Part shown: positions 1-7,493 of the stretch, piece after piece | Layout: each line of letters opens with the position of its first letter | How positions within the stretch are numbered: the stretch's first letter is position 1 | Origin: a bacterium | GTDB taxonomy: Bacteria > JADJOY01 | Direction: 5' to 3' | Assembly (NCBI GenBank): GCA_046331705.1 | Contig: JAXLQJ010000002.1 | Span: forward strand, 328,370 to 352,021 | DNA: 23,652 nucleotides | Translations under genes and position numbers: made by a program | The notes under the pieces: model-generated | What the model saw: the letters and a program-made list of their open reading frames with translations, nothing else | What the model was told of the DNA's origin: nothing | Database searches by the model: none

Positions 1-433
1 TCGCGAAGGTCCGAATGGCGCCGTTCTCGTATTGCTGGGCTTCGATCGAGTTACTGCCCTGGTAGCAGAGGAACACTCGGCAGGAGGTGCTGGCCGTGGC
101 GACGAACGAGCCGCAGGCGTCGTTGTCCTGGTACCCGATGTCCGCCTTGTTGCGCGGGTTCACGTCGGCGTGGCGCGGCACCACGCGGTCGAGAACGTCG
201 GTGGCGGCATTCGGGTTGGCCTTGGCCATCTCGGTGTCGAGCTCGTTCTGTAGCTCACCGGAGAGCCCTTTGTAGTTGTCGTCGCAGGCGGCGCGCCAGG
301 CCTTCTCGCGGGCGCCGAGCAGCTGGGGAATCGCGAGGCCCGCGATGATGGCGATGATGGCCACGACGATCAGCAGCTCGATCATCGAGAAGCCGTGGTC
401 GTGGCGCGGACGAGGATGGACGTGGATGCTCAT
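1..433 (-). CDS. Prepilin-type N-terminal cleavage/methylation protein (type IV pilin or pseudopilin), 3' end outside the window
   Basis: Manual translation from ATG 433 gives MSIHVHPRPRHDHG|FSMIELLIVVAIIAIIAGLAIPQLLGAREKAWRAACDDNYK. This has the class III signal G|F-x-x-x-E followed by a hydrophobic helix. The frame stays open to the window edge, so it is absent from the ORF track. Confidence 0.9.
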   Translation of the reverse strand, partial: MSIHVHPRPRHDHGFSMIELLIVVAIIAIIAGLAIPQLLGAREKAWRAACDDNYKGLSGELQNELDTEMAKANPNAATDVLDRVVPRHADVNPRNKADIGYQDNDACGSFVATASTSCRVFLCYQGSNSIEAQQYENGAIRTFA

Positions 434-526
434 GGCGAAAGGGGGACTCGAATCGAAGGGGCCCGTGGCGGTGGATGCGACTGTCGTCGTCGCACGGCGC
501 GCCCGGAACGTGATCGCGCTGCGCAG

Positions 527-556
527 AGTATACGGACATACCCGGGCGCGTCGTAA
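527..556 (-). promoter_or_regulatory. Possible sigma70-type promoter for the prepilin gene
   Basis: On the - strand, TTACGA-N18-TATACT. The -10 is a 5/6 match in a very GC-rich background and the -35 is weak. Confidence 0.35.
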
Positions 557-653
557 GGGCCGCGCCGACGATCGTCCGCCGCGCAGCGCGACGAGGCCCG
601 GCGCGCGCGCGCGGAGGCATGGGACGGAACGCCCGGCGGCGCTTGGCGGGGCG

Positions 654-673
654 AAGTGAAACATGTTTCACTT
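654..673. promoter_or_regulatory. Perfect 20-bp AT-rich palindrome, putative TetR-family (KstR-like) operator
   Basis: AAGTGAAACATGTTTCACTT is its own reverse complement. The core TGAAACATGTTTCA (657-670) fits TnnAACnnGTTnnA. It lies about 40 bp upstream of the SDR start. Confidence 0.7.
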
Positions 674-712
674 TCGTCACCCATCCATCCGCCAGCGCGA
701 GGAGATGCGCAC

Positions 713-1546
713 GTGAGCCAACGTCTCGAAGGGAAGGTCGCCGTCGTCACCGGAGGCGGAAGCGGCATCGGTCGCGAGGCCGTGCTTCGGTTCCTGCGCG
801 AGGGCGCCAAGGTGGTGATCGGCGACCTGAACGAGAAAACCGCGCAGGAGGCGATGGACCTCGCCGCCACCGAGGGCCTGGGAGCAAACGTTCGGTTCAT
901 CAAGACCAACGTGTCCGACGAGGCCCAGGTCGCCGCCATGATCGACTTCGCCCCGCGGGAGTTCGGTCGCCTCGACGTGGTGTTCAACAACGCGGGCCTG
1001 CCGGGTGCGCTCGGCAAGGTCCACGAGATCAAGACCGAGGATTGGGACTTCACGTTCTCGGTGCTGGTGCGTGGCGTGTTCCTCGGTCTCAAGCATGGGG
1101 CACGCGTGCTGCGCGCTCAGGGGCAAGGCGGTTCGATGATCAACACCGCCTCGGTGGCGGGCTTGAGCGGCGGCTGTGGGCCGCACGCGTACACGGCGGC
1201 GAAGGCGGCGGTCGTGAACCTGACGCGGTCGGTCGCCGTGGAGCTCGCGCGCAAGAAGGTCCGCGTCAACGCGATCTGCCCGGGTGCGATCCTCACTCCA
1301 TTGGTGCACCGCGGGAACAAGGACGCGCTCGAGCCGATGATGGCCCAGTCGCAGCCGTGGCCGGAGGCCGGGCTCGGCGAGGACGTCGCCGCAGCGGCGC
1401 TCTATCTGGCGAGCGACGAGTCGCGCTTCGTGACCGGTGCCGTGCTGGTGGTGGACGGGGGGCTCACGGCGGCGGGTCCACACGTGTACCGCGGCAACTG
1501 GGAGCAGTCGGGCAACACCGTCGACATGGGCACGACCGGGCTCTGA
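713..1546 (+). CDS. Classical short-chain dehydrogenase/reductase (SDR)
   Basis: Motifs TGGGSGIG, NNAG, YTAAK (YxxxK) and VNAICPG. GTG 713 is preferred over 656 because AGGAGA (700-705) lies 7 nt upstream and 656 falls inside the palindrome. Confidence 0.95.
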   Translation: MSQRLEGKVAVVTGGGSGIGREAVLRFLREGAKVVIGDLNEKTAQEAMDLAATEGLGANVRFIKTNVSDEAQVAAMIDFAPREFGRLDVVFNNAGLPGALGKVHEIKTEDWDFTFSVLVRGVFLGLKHGARVLRAQGQGGSMINTASVAGLSGGCGPHAYTAAKAAVVNLTRSVAVELARKKVRVNAICPGAILTPLVHRGNKDALEPMMAQSQPWPEAGLGEDVAAAALYLASDESRFVTGAVLVVDGGLTAAGPHVYRGNWEQSGNTVDMGTTGL

Positions 1547-1612
1547 GCCCGCAGGGAGTGGCGGACGGCTGGCACCCAGCACCCCGCCATCGCCTGGGCG
1601 CGCTCGGGCGCC

Positions 1613-2842
1613 ATGGCGCTCACCGGCGAGCGACATGGGCCGGCGCTCGTGGCACCGGCGACGCTGGCGACCAGCGCGGCGGCGGTGGTCGGGGAGCTCG
1701 CGCTCCGCGCCGGCGCGCGCTGGCGGCTCGGCGCGCTCGATGGCGCCGCGCTCCTCGGTGAGCGCGCCGCGATCTTCGGCTACCGACGAAACGGCCGCAT
1801 CTCGCCGGGCGCCACGTGTCGCCTGACGCGAGCCCGTGACGGTTGGATCGCGATCAATCTGCCCCGCGCCGACGATTGGGCGGCGCTCGCGGCGTGGCTC
1901 GAGTCCGAGGGCTGGGCGGGCGTCGGTGGGACGGTGCTCGCGGACGAGGGCGCGTGGGCGCGGCTCGCCGCCGACGTGAGCGTGCGCGAGAAGGCGACGC
2001 TGCTCGAGCGGGCGCGCTGGCTCGGCCTCGCGGTCGCGGACGCCGAGCCCGCGGCGCGGAGCACGCCGGCCCCGTGGTCGATCTTCGCGACCGGCGAGCG
2101 TGCGGGGGAGCGCAACCACCGCGAACCGCTGGTGCTCGATCTCGCGTCGCTGTGGGCTGGCCCGCTCGCGGGGCATCTGCTCCTCGGCGCCGGCGCGCGG
2201 GTGGTGAAGCTCGAGAGCGCACGACGTCCGGACGGCGCGCGCCTCGGTCCGCGCGGGTTCTTCGATCTCTTGAACGGCGGGAAGGAGTGTGTCGCCCTCG
2301 ATCTTCGTGAGCACGAGGACCGCACGCTGCTGGCGCGCTTGATCGCGCGCGCCGACGTGATCCTCGAGAGCACCCGGCCGCGGGCGCTCGAGCAGCTCGG
2401 CATCGACGCCGTCGCTTGGGTGCGGGGTCGCCCGGGGCGCGTGTGGGTGAGCATCACGGGCTACGGTCGTGAGGCACCGGGGCGGGATTGGGTGGCGTTC
2501 GGCGACGACGCCGCAGCAGCCGCCGGGCTGGCGTTGGCAACGGGCGTGCGCGCGGGGCTCGACGGCCCGATCGGTTGCGGCGACGCGATCGCGGACCCGT
2601 TGGCCGGCACTCATGCGGCGCTCGCCGCGTTCGCCGCGTGGCAGGAGGGGGGTGGCGTGGGAATCGACGTGAGCCTGGCGGGGGTGACGCGACATCTGCT
2701 GGAGCGCGCGCCGATGCCTCCGTGGACCGGCGGCGCGCTCGAGGTGGCCGAGCCGCGTGCGCGCGTGGCGAGCGTGGCGGCGCGCGCGCTCGGCGAGGAC
2801 ACCTCGCGCGTCCTCGCCGAGCTGGAGATTCGTGCGTGCTGA
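1613..2842 (+). CDS. CoA-transferase family III (CaiB/BaiF) with a degenerate N-terminal half; the true start may be upstream (ACG 1565)
   Basis: Motifs LDLASLWAGPLAG, VVKLES, NGGKECVALDL, SITGYG and AIADPLAG (catalytic Asp position). Confidence 0.88.
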   Translation: MALTGERHGPALVAPATLATSAAAVVGELALRAGARWRLGALDGAALLGERAAIFGYRRNGRISPGATCRLTRARDGWIAINLPRADDWAALAAWLESEGWAGVGGTVLADEGAWARLAADVSVREKATLLERARWLGLAVADAEPAARSTPAPWSIFATGERAGERNHREPLVLDLASLWAGPLAGHLLLGAGARVVKLESARRPDGARLGPRGFFDLLNGGKECVALDLREHEDRTLLARLIARADVILESTRPRALEQLGIDAVAWVRGRPGRVWVSITGYGREAPGRDWVAFGDDAAAAAGLALATGVRAGLDGPIGCGDAIADPLAGTHAALAAFAAWQEGGGVGIDVSLAGVTRHLLERAPMPPWTGGALEVAEPRARVASVAARALGEDTSRVLAELEIRAC

Positions 2843-4251
2843 TCCTGCGCGCGGAGGTGGACGGCCGCGGCCCCGTCGACGTGCGCATCGAGCGGGGCCG
2901 GATCGCTTCCATCGCGGAGGCGCTCGAGCCACGCGGCGGCGAGCACGTGCTCGATGCCGCAGGTGGTGCGCTACTGCCGGGACTTCACGATCACCACCTT
3001 CATTTGCTGGCGCTCGCCGCCGCGGAACGTTCGGTGCGCTGCGGCCCGCCTGAGGTGCGAACGCAGTCCGCGCTGGTGGCGGCGCTGCGAACGGCGGCCG
3101 CGGCGACGGAAGCCGGGCGCATCGTTCGTGGCGTCGGCTACCACGAGTCGGTGGCGGGAGCGCTCGATCGCGACGTGCTGGATCGCTGGTTGCCGGGACG
3201 AGCCGTGCAGATTCAGCATCGAAGCGGAGCGCTCTGGATCGTGAGCGGGGCGCTCGTCGAGACCCTCGGGCTCGACCGCGGAGCGGATGCGCCCGGCGTC
3301 GAGCGCTTTCCGAGCGGCCGGGCCACCGGACGGCTCTTTCGACTCGACGCGTGGCTGCGCGAGCGCGTTCCGGACGCCGGAGCGCGACCCGAGCTCGCCA
3401 GCGTGTCGCGGTTGCTCGCGAGTCGCGGCGTGACCGGCGTGACCGACGCAACACCCACGAACGGGCGCGTCGAGCTCGACTGGTTCGAGCGCGCAGCCGC
3501 CACCGGCGCGCTGCTGCAGCGAGTCACGCTCATGGGATCTCGGTCGTTGCCGCACCCGACGCGAGCCGAGCTCACCCGCGGCGCGCTCAAGGTGCTGCTC
3601 GACGAATCGGACCTGGCCGACCTCGGCGAGCTCGTGGCGACGATCGCGCGGGCCCACGTCGAGGGGCGATCGGTCGCGATCCACGCCGTCACGCGCGCCG
3701 AGCTGGTGTTCGCGGCGGCCGCGTTTCGCGAGGCCGGCGCGTCGTCGGGCGACCGAATCGAGCATGCCGCGGTCGCGCCGCCCGAGCTCGCGGCGCTGGT
3801 CGCCGAGCTCGGGCTCACGGTCGTGACCCAGCCCAACTTCGTGCGCGAGCGCGGCGACGCGTATCGGGTCGACGTCGCGGAGAGCGAGCGACCGTGGCTC
3901 TACCGTTGTCGCGGCTGGGACGAGGCCAAGGTCCCGCTGGGCGGCGGCACCGACGCCCCGTTCGGCGAGCCCGATCCCTGGCTCGCGATGCAGGCGGCCG
4001 TGGATCGCCGCACCGAGGATGGCCACGTCGTCGGCGCCCGTGAGGCGCTCACTCCCGAGCGCGCGCTGGCGCTCTTCACCACGGCGCCCGAGGCGCCGGG
4101 CGGCGCGCCGCGCGCGCTCGTCCCCGGCGCCGCCGCGGATCTCTGCCTCCTCGATCGGCCCTGGCGCAGGGCGCGGGACGAGCTTTCGCGCGGCCTGGTT
4201 GCCGCCACGTTCGTGGCGGGCCGGTGTGCTTGGCGGCGAGACGAGCAATGA
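2836..4251 (+). CDS. Metal-dependent amidohydrolase, family 3 (YtcJ-like)
   Basis: Motifs PGLHDHHLH, HAVT, RIEHA and GTDAP. GTG 2836 has GGAGA 7 nt upstream and overlaps the upstream stop. Confidence 0.9.
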   Translation: MLILRAEVDGRGPVDVRIERGRIASIAEALEPRGGEHVLDAAGGALLPGLHDHHLHLLALAAAERSVRCGPPEVRTQSALVAALRTAAAATEAGRIVRGVGYHESVAGALDRDVLDRWLPGRAVQIQHRSGALWIVSGALVETLGLDRGADAPGVERFPSGRATGRLFRLDAWLRERVPDAGARPELASVSRLLASRGVTGVTDATPTNGRVELDWFERAAATGALLQRVTLMGSRSLPHPTRAELTRGALKVLLDESDLADLGELVATIARAHVEGRSVAIHAVTRAELVFAAAAFREAGASSGDRIEHAAVAPPELAALVAELGLTVVTQPNFVRERGDAYRVDVAESERPWLYRCRGWDEAKVPLGGGTDAPFGEPDPWLAMQAAVDRRTEDGHVVGAREALTPERALALFTTAPEAPGGAPRALVPGAAADLCLLDRPWRRARDELSRGLVAATFVAGRCAWRRDEQ

Positions 4252-4943
4252 CCGCCGAGAGCCCCTCGTCCGCGTCGCTGTTGCTCGAGTCGTTGCTGCG
4301 CCGCGGCTGGATGGAGACCGCGCGTGCCGCGCTCGAGGAGCGACGCTTCGATCGCGTGCGGGGCACCGAGACCCACGGCCGCGTCGCGGTGGCGGAGCTC
4401 TTTCCGCGCGGCGGGCGCTCGGCTGTGGCCGCGAGCGAGTATCAGCCGGTGCCGGCGCCACTCTTTCGCGCGGCCATCGGGCACGTGCCCCAGGCCGCCC
4501 GCGAGCGGGCGTTCGTCGATCTGGGTTGCGGCAAGGGGCGCGCGCTGCTGTTGGCCGCCGAGGCGGGCTACCGCGCGCTGCGTGGCGTCGAGCTCTCCGC
4601 GCCGCTCGCGGCGACGGCGAGCGAGAACCTCGCCAAGACCGCCCTCCGGCTCGGCCACCCCCTCGACGTGAGCATCCGGAGCGCGGACGCGACGACGCGT
4701 CGTTTCGAGCGGGACGAGGACACCGTGTTCCTCTTCCATCCGTTCGGCGCGCGGCAGGTCCGGGTGGTGGCGCGTGCCCTCGTCGAATCGCTCGACGCGC
4801 ATCCGCGCACGATCTGGATCGTGTACGTGAACCCGGTCCACGGCGCTGTCTTCGGAGAATCGTCGCGCATCCGCGAGCTCGCCGTGGGGCGCACACGCAT
4901 CCCCGGCACCCTCGATTGGGTGGTGTTCGAGGCGGGCGGCTGA
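4248..4943 (+). CDS. Class I SAM-dependent methyltransferase, substrate unknown
   Basis: Motif I FVDLGCGKGR, then GVELS and FLFHPF. There is an ATGA overlap with the amidohydrolase stop. Confidence 0.88.
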   Translation: MTAESPSSASLLLESLLRRGWMETARAALEERRFDRVRGTETHGRVAVAELFPRGGRSAVAASEYQPVPAPLFRAAIGHVPQAARERAFVDLGCGKGRALLLAAEAGYRALRGVELSAPLAATASENLAKTALRLGHPLDVSIRSADATTRRFERDEDTVFLFHPFGARQVRVVARALVESLDAHPRTIWIVYVNPVHGAVFGESSRIRELAVGRTRIPGTLDWVVFEAGG

Positions 4944-4953
4944 GCGCGGCGCT

Positions 4954-7401
4954 TCAGGCGGTGTCGACGGCGGCGAGCGCTTCGACGGCGCCGCTGGCGA
5001 TCGCTTCCGCGATCGATCGGTCGTCGAGACGCAGGATCTCGCGCAGCACGTAGTCGTTGTCCGCTCCCACGAGCCCGCCGGCGAAGTCGGTGCGGCCGGG
5101 CGTGAGGCCGAGATGGAGTGGAATCGCCGATGCGGTCACGTGGCCGAGCGAGCGGTGCGGGACCCGCTCGAAGAACCCGCGCGCCCGCAGCTGTGGGTCG
5201 TGCTCCGCGAGGTCCCGGATCGTGCTCACCACTCCGGCCGGAACGCCCGCAGCCTGCAGCGATTCCGCGACCTCGAACCCGTCGCGGGCGCTGGTCCAGG
5301 CGCCGAGCCAGGCCTCGATCTCGTCTGCGTGCGCCACTCGGCCCGCCGCTGTCGAGAAGCTCGGATCGCGCGCCCACGCCGGCGCGCCGAGCGCCTCGAC
5401 CAGGCCATTCCAATCGCCGTCGCTCTCGACGGCGATGGCGCACCAGCGTTCGTCGCCGGCGCAGCGGAAGACCCCGTGCGGAGCGGCGTGCACCGCGCGA
5501 TTCCCGCGCCGTTCGGGCTCGCGCCCCGAACGGCTGGCGTCGAGCATCACGTCGCCGAGCGCCGCCACCAGGCATTCGTATTGCGCGAGATCGACGTGAC
5601 CGCCCCGCCCGGTACGCGCCCGACGATCGAGCGCCGCGAGCACCGCCACCAGCCCGTGAAGCGCGCTCAGCGCGTCGGGGTACGCGAACTGGGTGATCGA
5701 GCACGGTACGTGGGCGAAGCCGGAGAGCGCGGCCAGGCCGGATACGGCCTCGATGTTCGGTCCCCAGGTGGGAGTCCCCGCCTGCGGTCCGGTGCCGCCG
5801 AAGCCCGTGGTGCTCAGCATGACGAGGTCCACGCGCTCCGCCGCGAGGTCTGCGTATCGGACGCCGAGCTTCCCCGCGACCTCGGGCAGCATGTTCTCGA
5901 TCACCACGTCCGACCGGGCGACCAAGCGCTTCACGAGCGCGCGCGCGCCGGGCTTCGCGAGATCGAGCGAGACGAAGCGCTTGCCGGCGTTCCAGTCCGT
6001 GAACCATGGCGAGCGATCGGGCCGCGGCGAGCGATCGGCGGCGCGCGGCGGGACGTAGAGCCGCACCACGTCGGGATGGGCGCGCGATTCGATGCGGATC
6101 ACCTCGGCGCCGGCCCAGGCCATCCAGCGCCCGATCCATGGCCCGGCCATGCCGGCGGTGAGCTCCACGACGCGGATGCCATCGAGGGGCCGCGGGCGCG
6201 CCGCGGGGCGGGCGGTGTCGCGCGCACCGGGCGGCGCGAGGACGGACGCCGCGCGCGGCGCGCCGGCGATCTCCGTGGCATGGCGAAACGGCGAGCCCGC
6301 CATCCGGAGCCCGCCGAGCTCGGGATGCTCGATGTCGCGCCAGAAGTCGCGGCTCGCGAGCTGCTCGTCGGCGAGGACCTCGAGGGCCGTGTGAACCGGC
6401 GTCACGGCGAGCCGCCGCTCAGCGGCCTCGGAGACGAACGCCGCGGCGGTGTAGCGAGCGGCCAGCTCGCCGATCCACAGATCGAGCAGCTCGCGATGCT
6501 CGATGCGATTCGCCGAGGCGCCGCGGAACATCGGGTCGAGCACGTCGGTGTTTCCGCTGGTCTCGGCGATCCAGCGCGCCAGCGCGTCCCAATGAAGCGG
6601 TCGGTTGACGATCAGGTACACGAGCCCGTCGCTGCACGCGTACGCACCCGAGGGCACGGAAGCGAAGAGGCTCGAGCCGCGGCGTTTGGGCGCGATCCCG
6701 TCGTCGAGGTACTTGGCGATTCCGCAGATGTGGGCGAGGGAGGCGACCGCCTCTTGAGCGGAGACGTCGACGTGCTGGCCGCAGCCGGTGCGGGTGGCGT
6801 GGTGGAGCGCCATCAAGGCGCCCGACACGGCGACGATCGACGCGCTGACGTCCGCCTGCGAGCCCGCGAGGCGTACCGGCGGATCGGTGGCCTCGCCGAC
6901 CAGATGCGCCGCGCCGCCGGTGGCCGACGCGACCAGATCGGACGAGTGCCAGTGACGGCGCGGTCCCGTGGTACCGAAGCCGGTGACCGTGACGTGCACG
7001 AGCGCGGGATTGAGCGCCGCCACGGCCTCGCCGCCGAGCCCCAGATCCTCGCGGCGCCGGGCGGCGAGGCTTTCGAGCAGGATCGACGCACCGCGCAGCT
7101 CGGAGCGCAGCGTGTCGCGGTCGGCAGCGCGATCGAGATCGAGCGTGAGCGTGCGCTTGCCTGCGTTGAAGTAGAGGTGGGCAGCGCCACGCTCGCGCCC
7201 CGGGACCTCGCCCACGAACGGGCCGCGCCGACGAATCGGCGCGCCTTCGGGCGGTTCGATCAGCAGCACGTCGGCACCCAGCTCGGCGAGGACGCGTCCC
7301 GCGTAATGCGTCGCCGCGCTTCGCTCGACGAGCTCCACCACCCGTCGTCCCGAGAGCGGGAGCGCAGGCGTCGCAGGCGGGTCCGGGATGGCTCGACTCA
7401 T
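4954..7401 (-). CDS. Double-domain CoA-transferase family III (tandem CaiB/BaiF)
   Basis: Two repeats of the fold: LSGRRVVEL...NAGKR...SQAD and LDGIRVVELTAGMAGP...NAGKR...AYPD. 815 aa. Confidence 0.95.
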   Translation of the reverse strand: MSRAIPDPPATPALPLSGRRVVELVERSAATHYAGRVLAELGADVLLIEPPEGAPIRRRGPFVGEVPGRERGAAHLYFNAGKRTLTLDLDRAADRDTLRSELRGASILLESLAARRREDLGLGGEAVAALNPALVHVTVTGFGTTGPRRHWHSSDLVASATGGAAHLVGEATDPPVRLAGSQADVSASIVAVSGALMALHHATRTGCGQHVDVSAQEAVASLAHICGIAKYLDDGIAPKRRGSSLFASVPSGAYACSDGLVYLIVNRPLHWDALARWIAETSGNTDVLDPMFRGASANRIEHRELLDLWIGELAARYTAAAFVSEAAERRLAVTPVHTALEVLADEQLASRDFWRDIEHPELGGLRMAGSPFRHATEIAGAPRAASVLAPPGARDTARPAARPRPLDGIRVVELTAGMAGPWIGRWMAWAGAEVIRIESRAHPDVVRLYVPPRAADRSPRPDRSPWFTDWNAGKRFVSLDLAKPGARALVKRLVARSDVVIENMLPEVAGKLGVRYADLAAERVDLVMLSTTGFGGTGPQAGTPTWGPNIEAVSGLAALSGFAHVPCSITQFAYPDALSALHGLVAVLAALDRRARTGRGGHVDLAQYECLVAALGDVMLDASRSGREPERRGNRAVHAAPHGVFRCAGDERWCAIAVESDGDWNGLVEALGAPAWARDPSFSTAAGRVAHADEIEAWLGAWTSARDGFEVAESLQAAGVPAGVVSTIRDLAEHDPQLRARGFFERVPHRSLGHVTASAIPLHLGLTPGRTDFAGGLVGADNDYVLREILRLDDRSIAEAIASGAVEALAAVDTA

Positions 7402-7425
7402 GGCGCGTGCCGTGGTGGATCGGTG

Positions 7426-7454
7426 CGGACAGCGGGGATTCTACGTCGTATTCT
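7426..7454. promoter_or_regulatory. Possible overlapping divergent promoters
   Basis: The + strand has CGGACA-N17-TATTCT (7426-7454), pointing toward the GH38 gene. The - strand has TAGAAT (7438-7443), pointing toward the CoA-transferase. Confidence 0.35.
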
Positions 7455-7493
7455 TCGGCGCGCCGTCGCCGGCATCGCTCTCGATACACACCC

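Noticed and set aside
433..452. tRNA 3'-end-like string TTCGAGTCCCCCTTTCGCCA on the - strand (possible tRNA or att remnant)
   Set aside because: There is no 5' T-stem partner for CCCCC, no cloverleaf upstream, no second copy and no integrase in the window.
1544..1580. Selenocysteine recoding of the SDR TGA
   Set aside because: The position is a C-terminal tail, not a catalytic Cys site, and the downstream hairpins are short and not convincingly SECIS-like.
677..3454. 925-aa antisense ORF, and similar long ORFs (5113-7497, 7398-10106, 10267-12291, 18417-20870)
   Set aside because: These are shadow frames of well-supported genes. Stops are rare at this GC content and the translations have no recognisable motifs.
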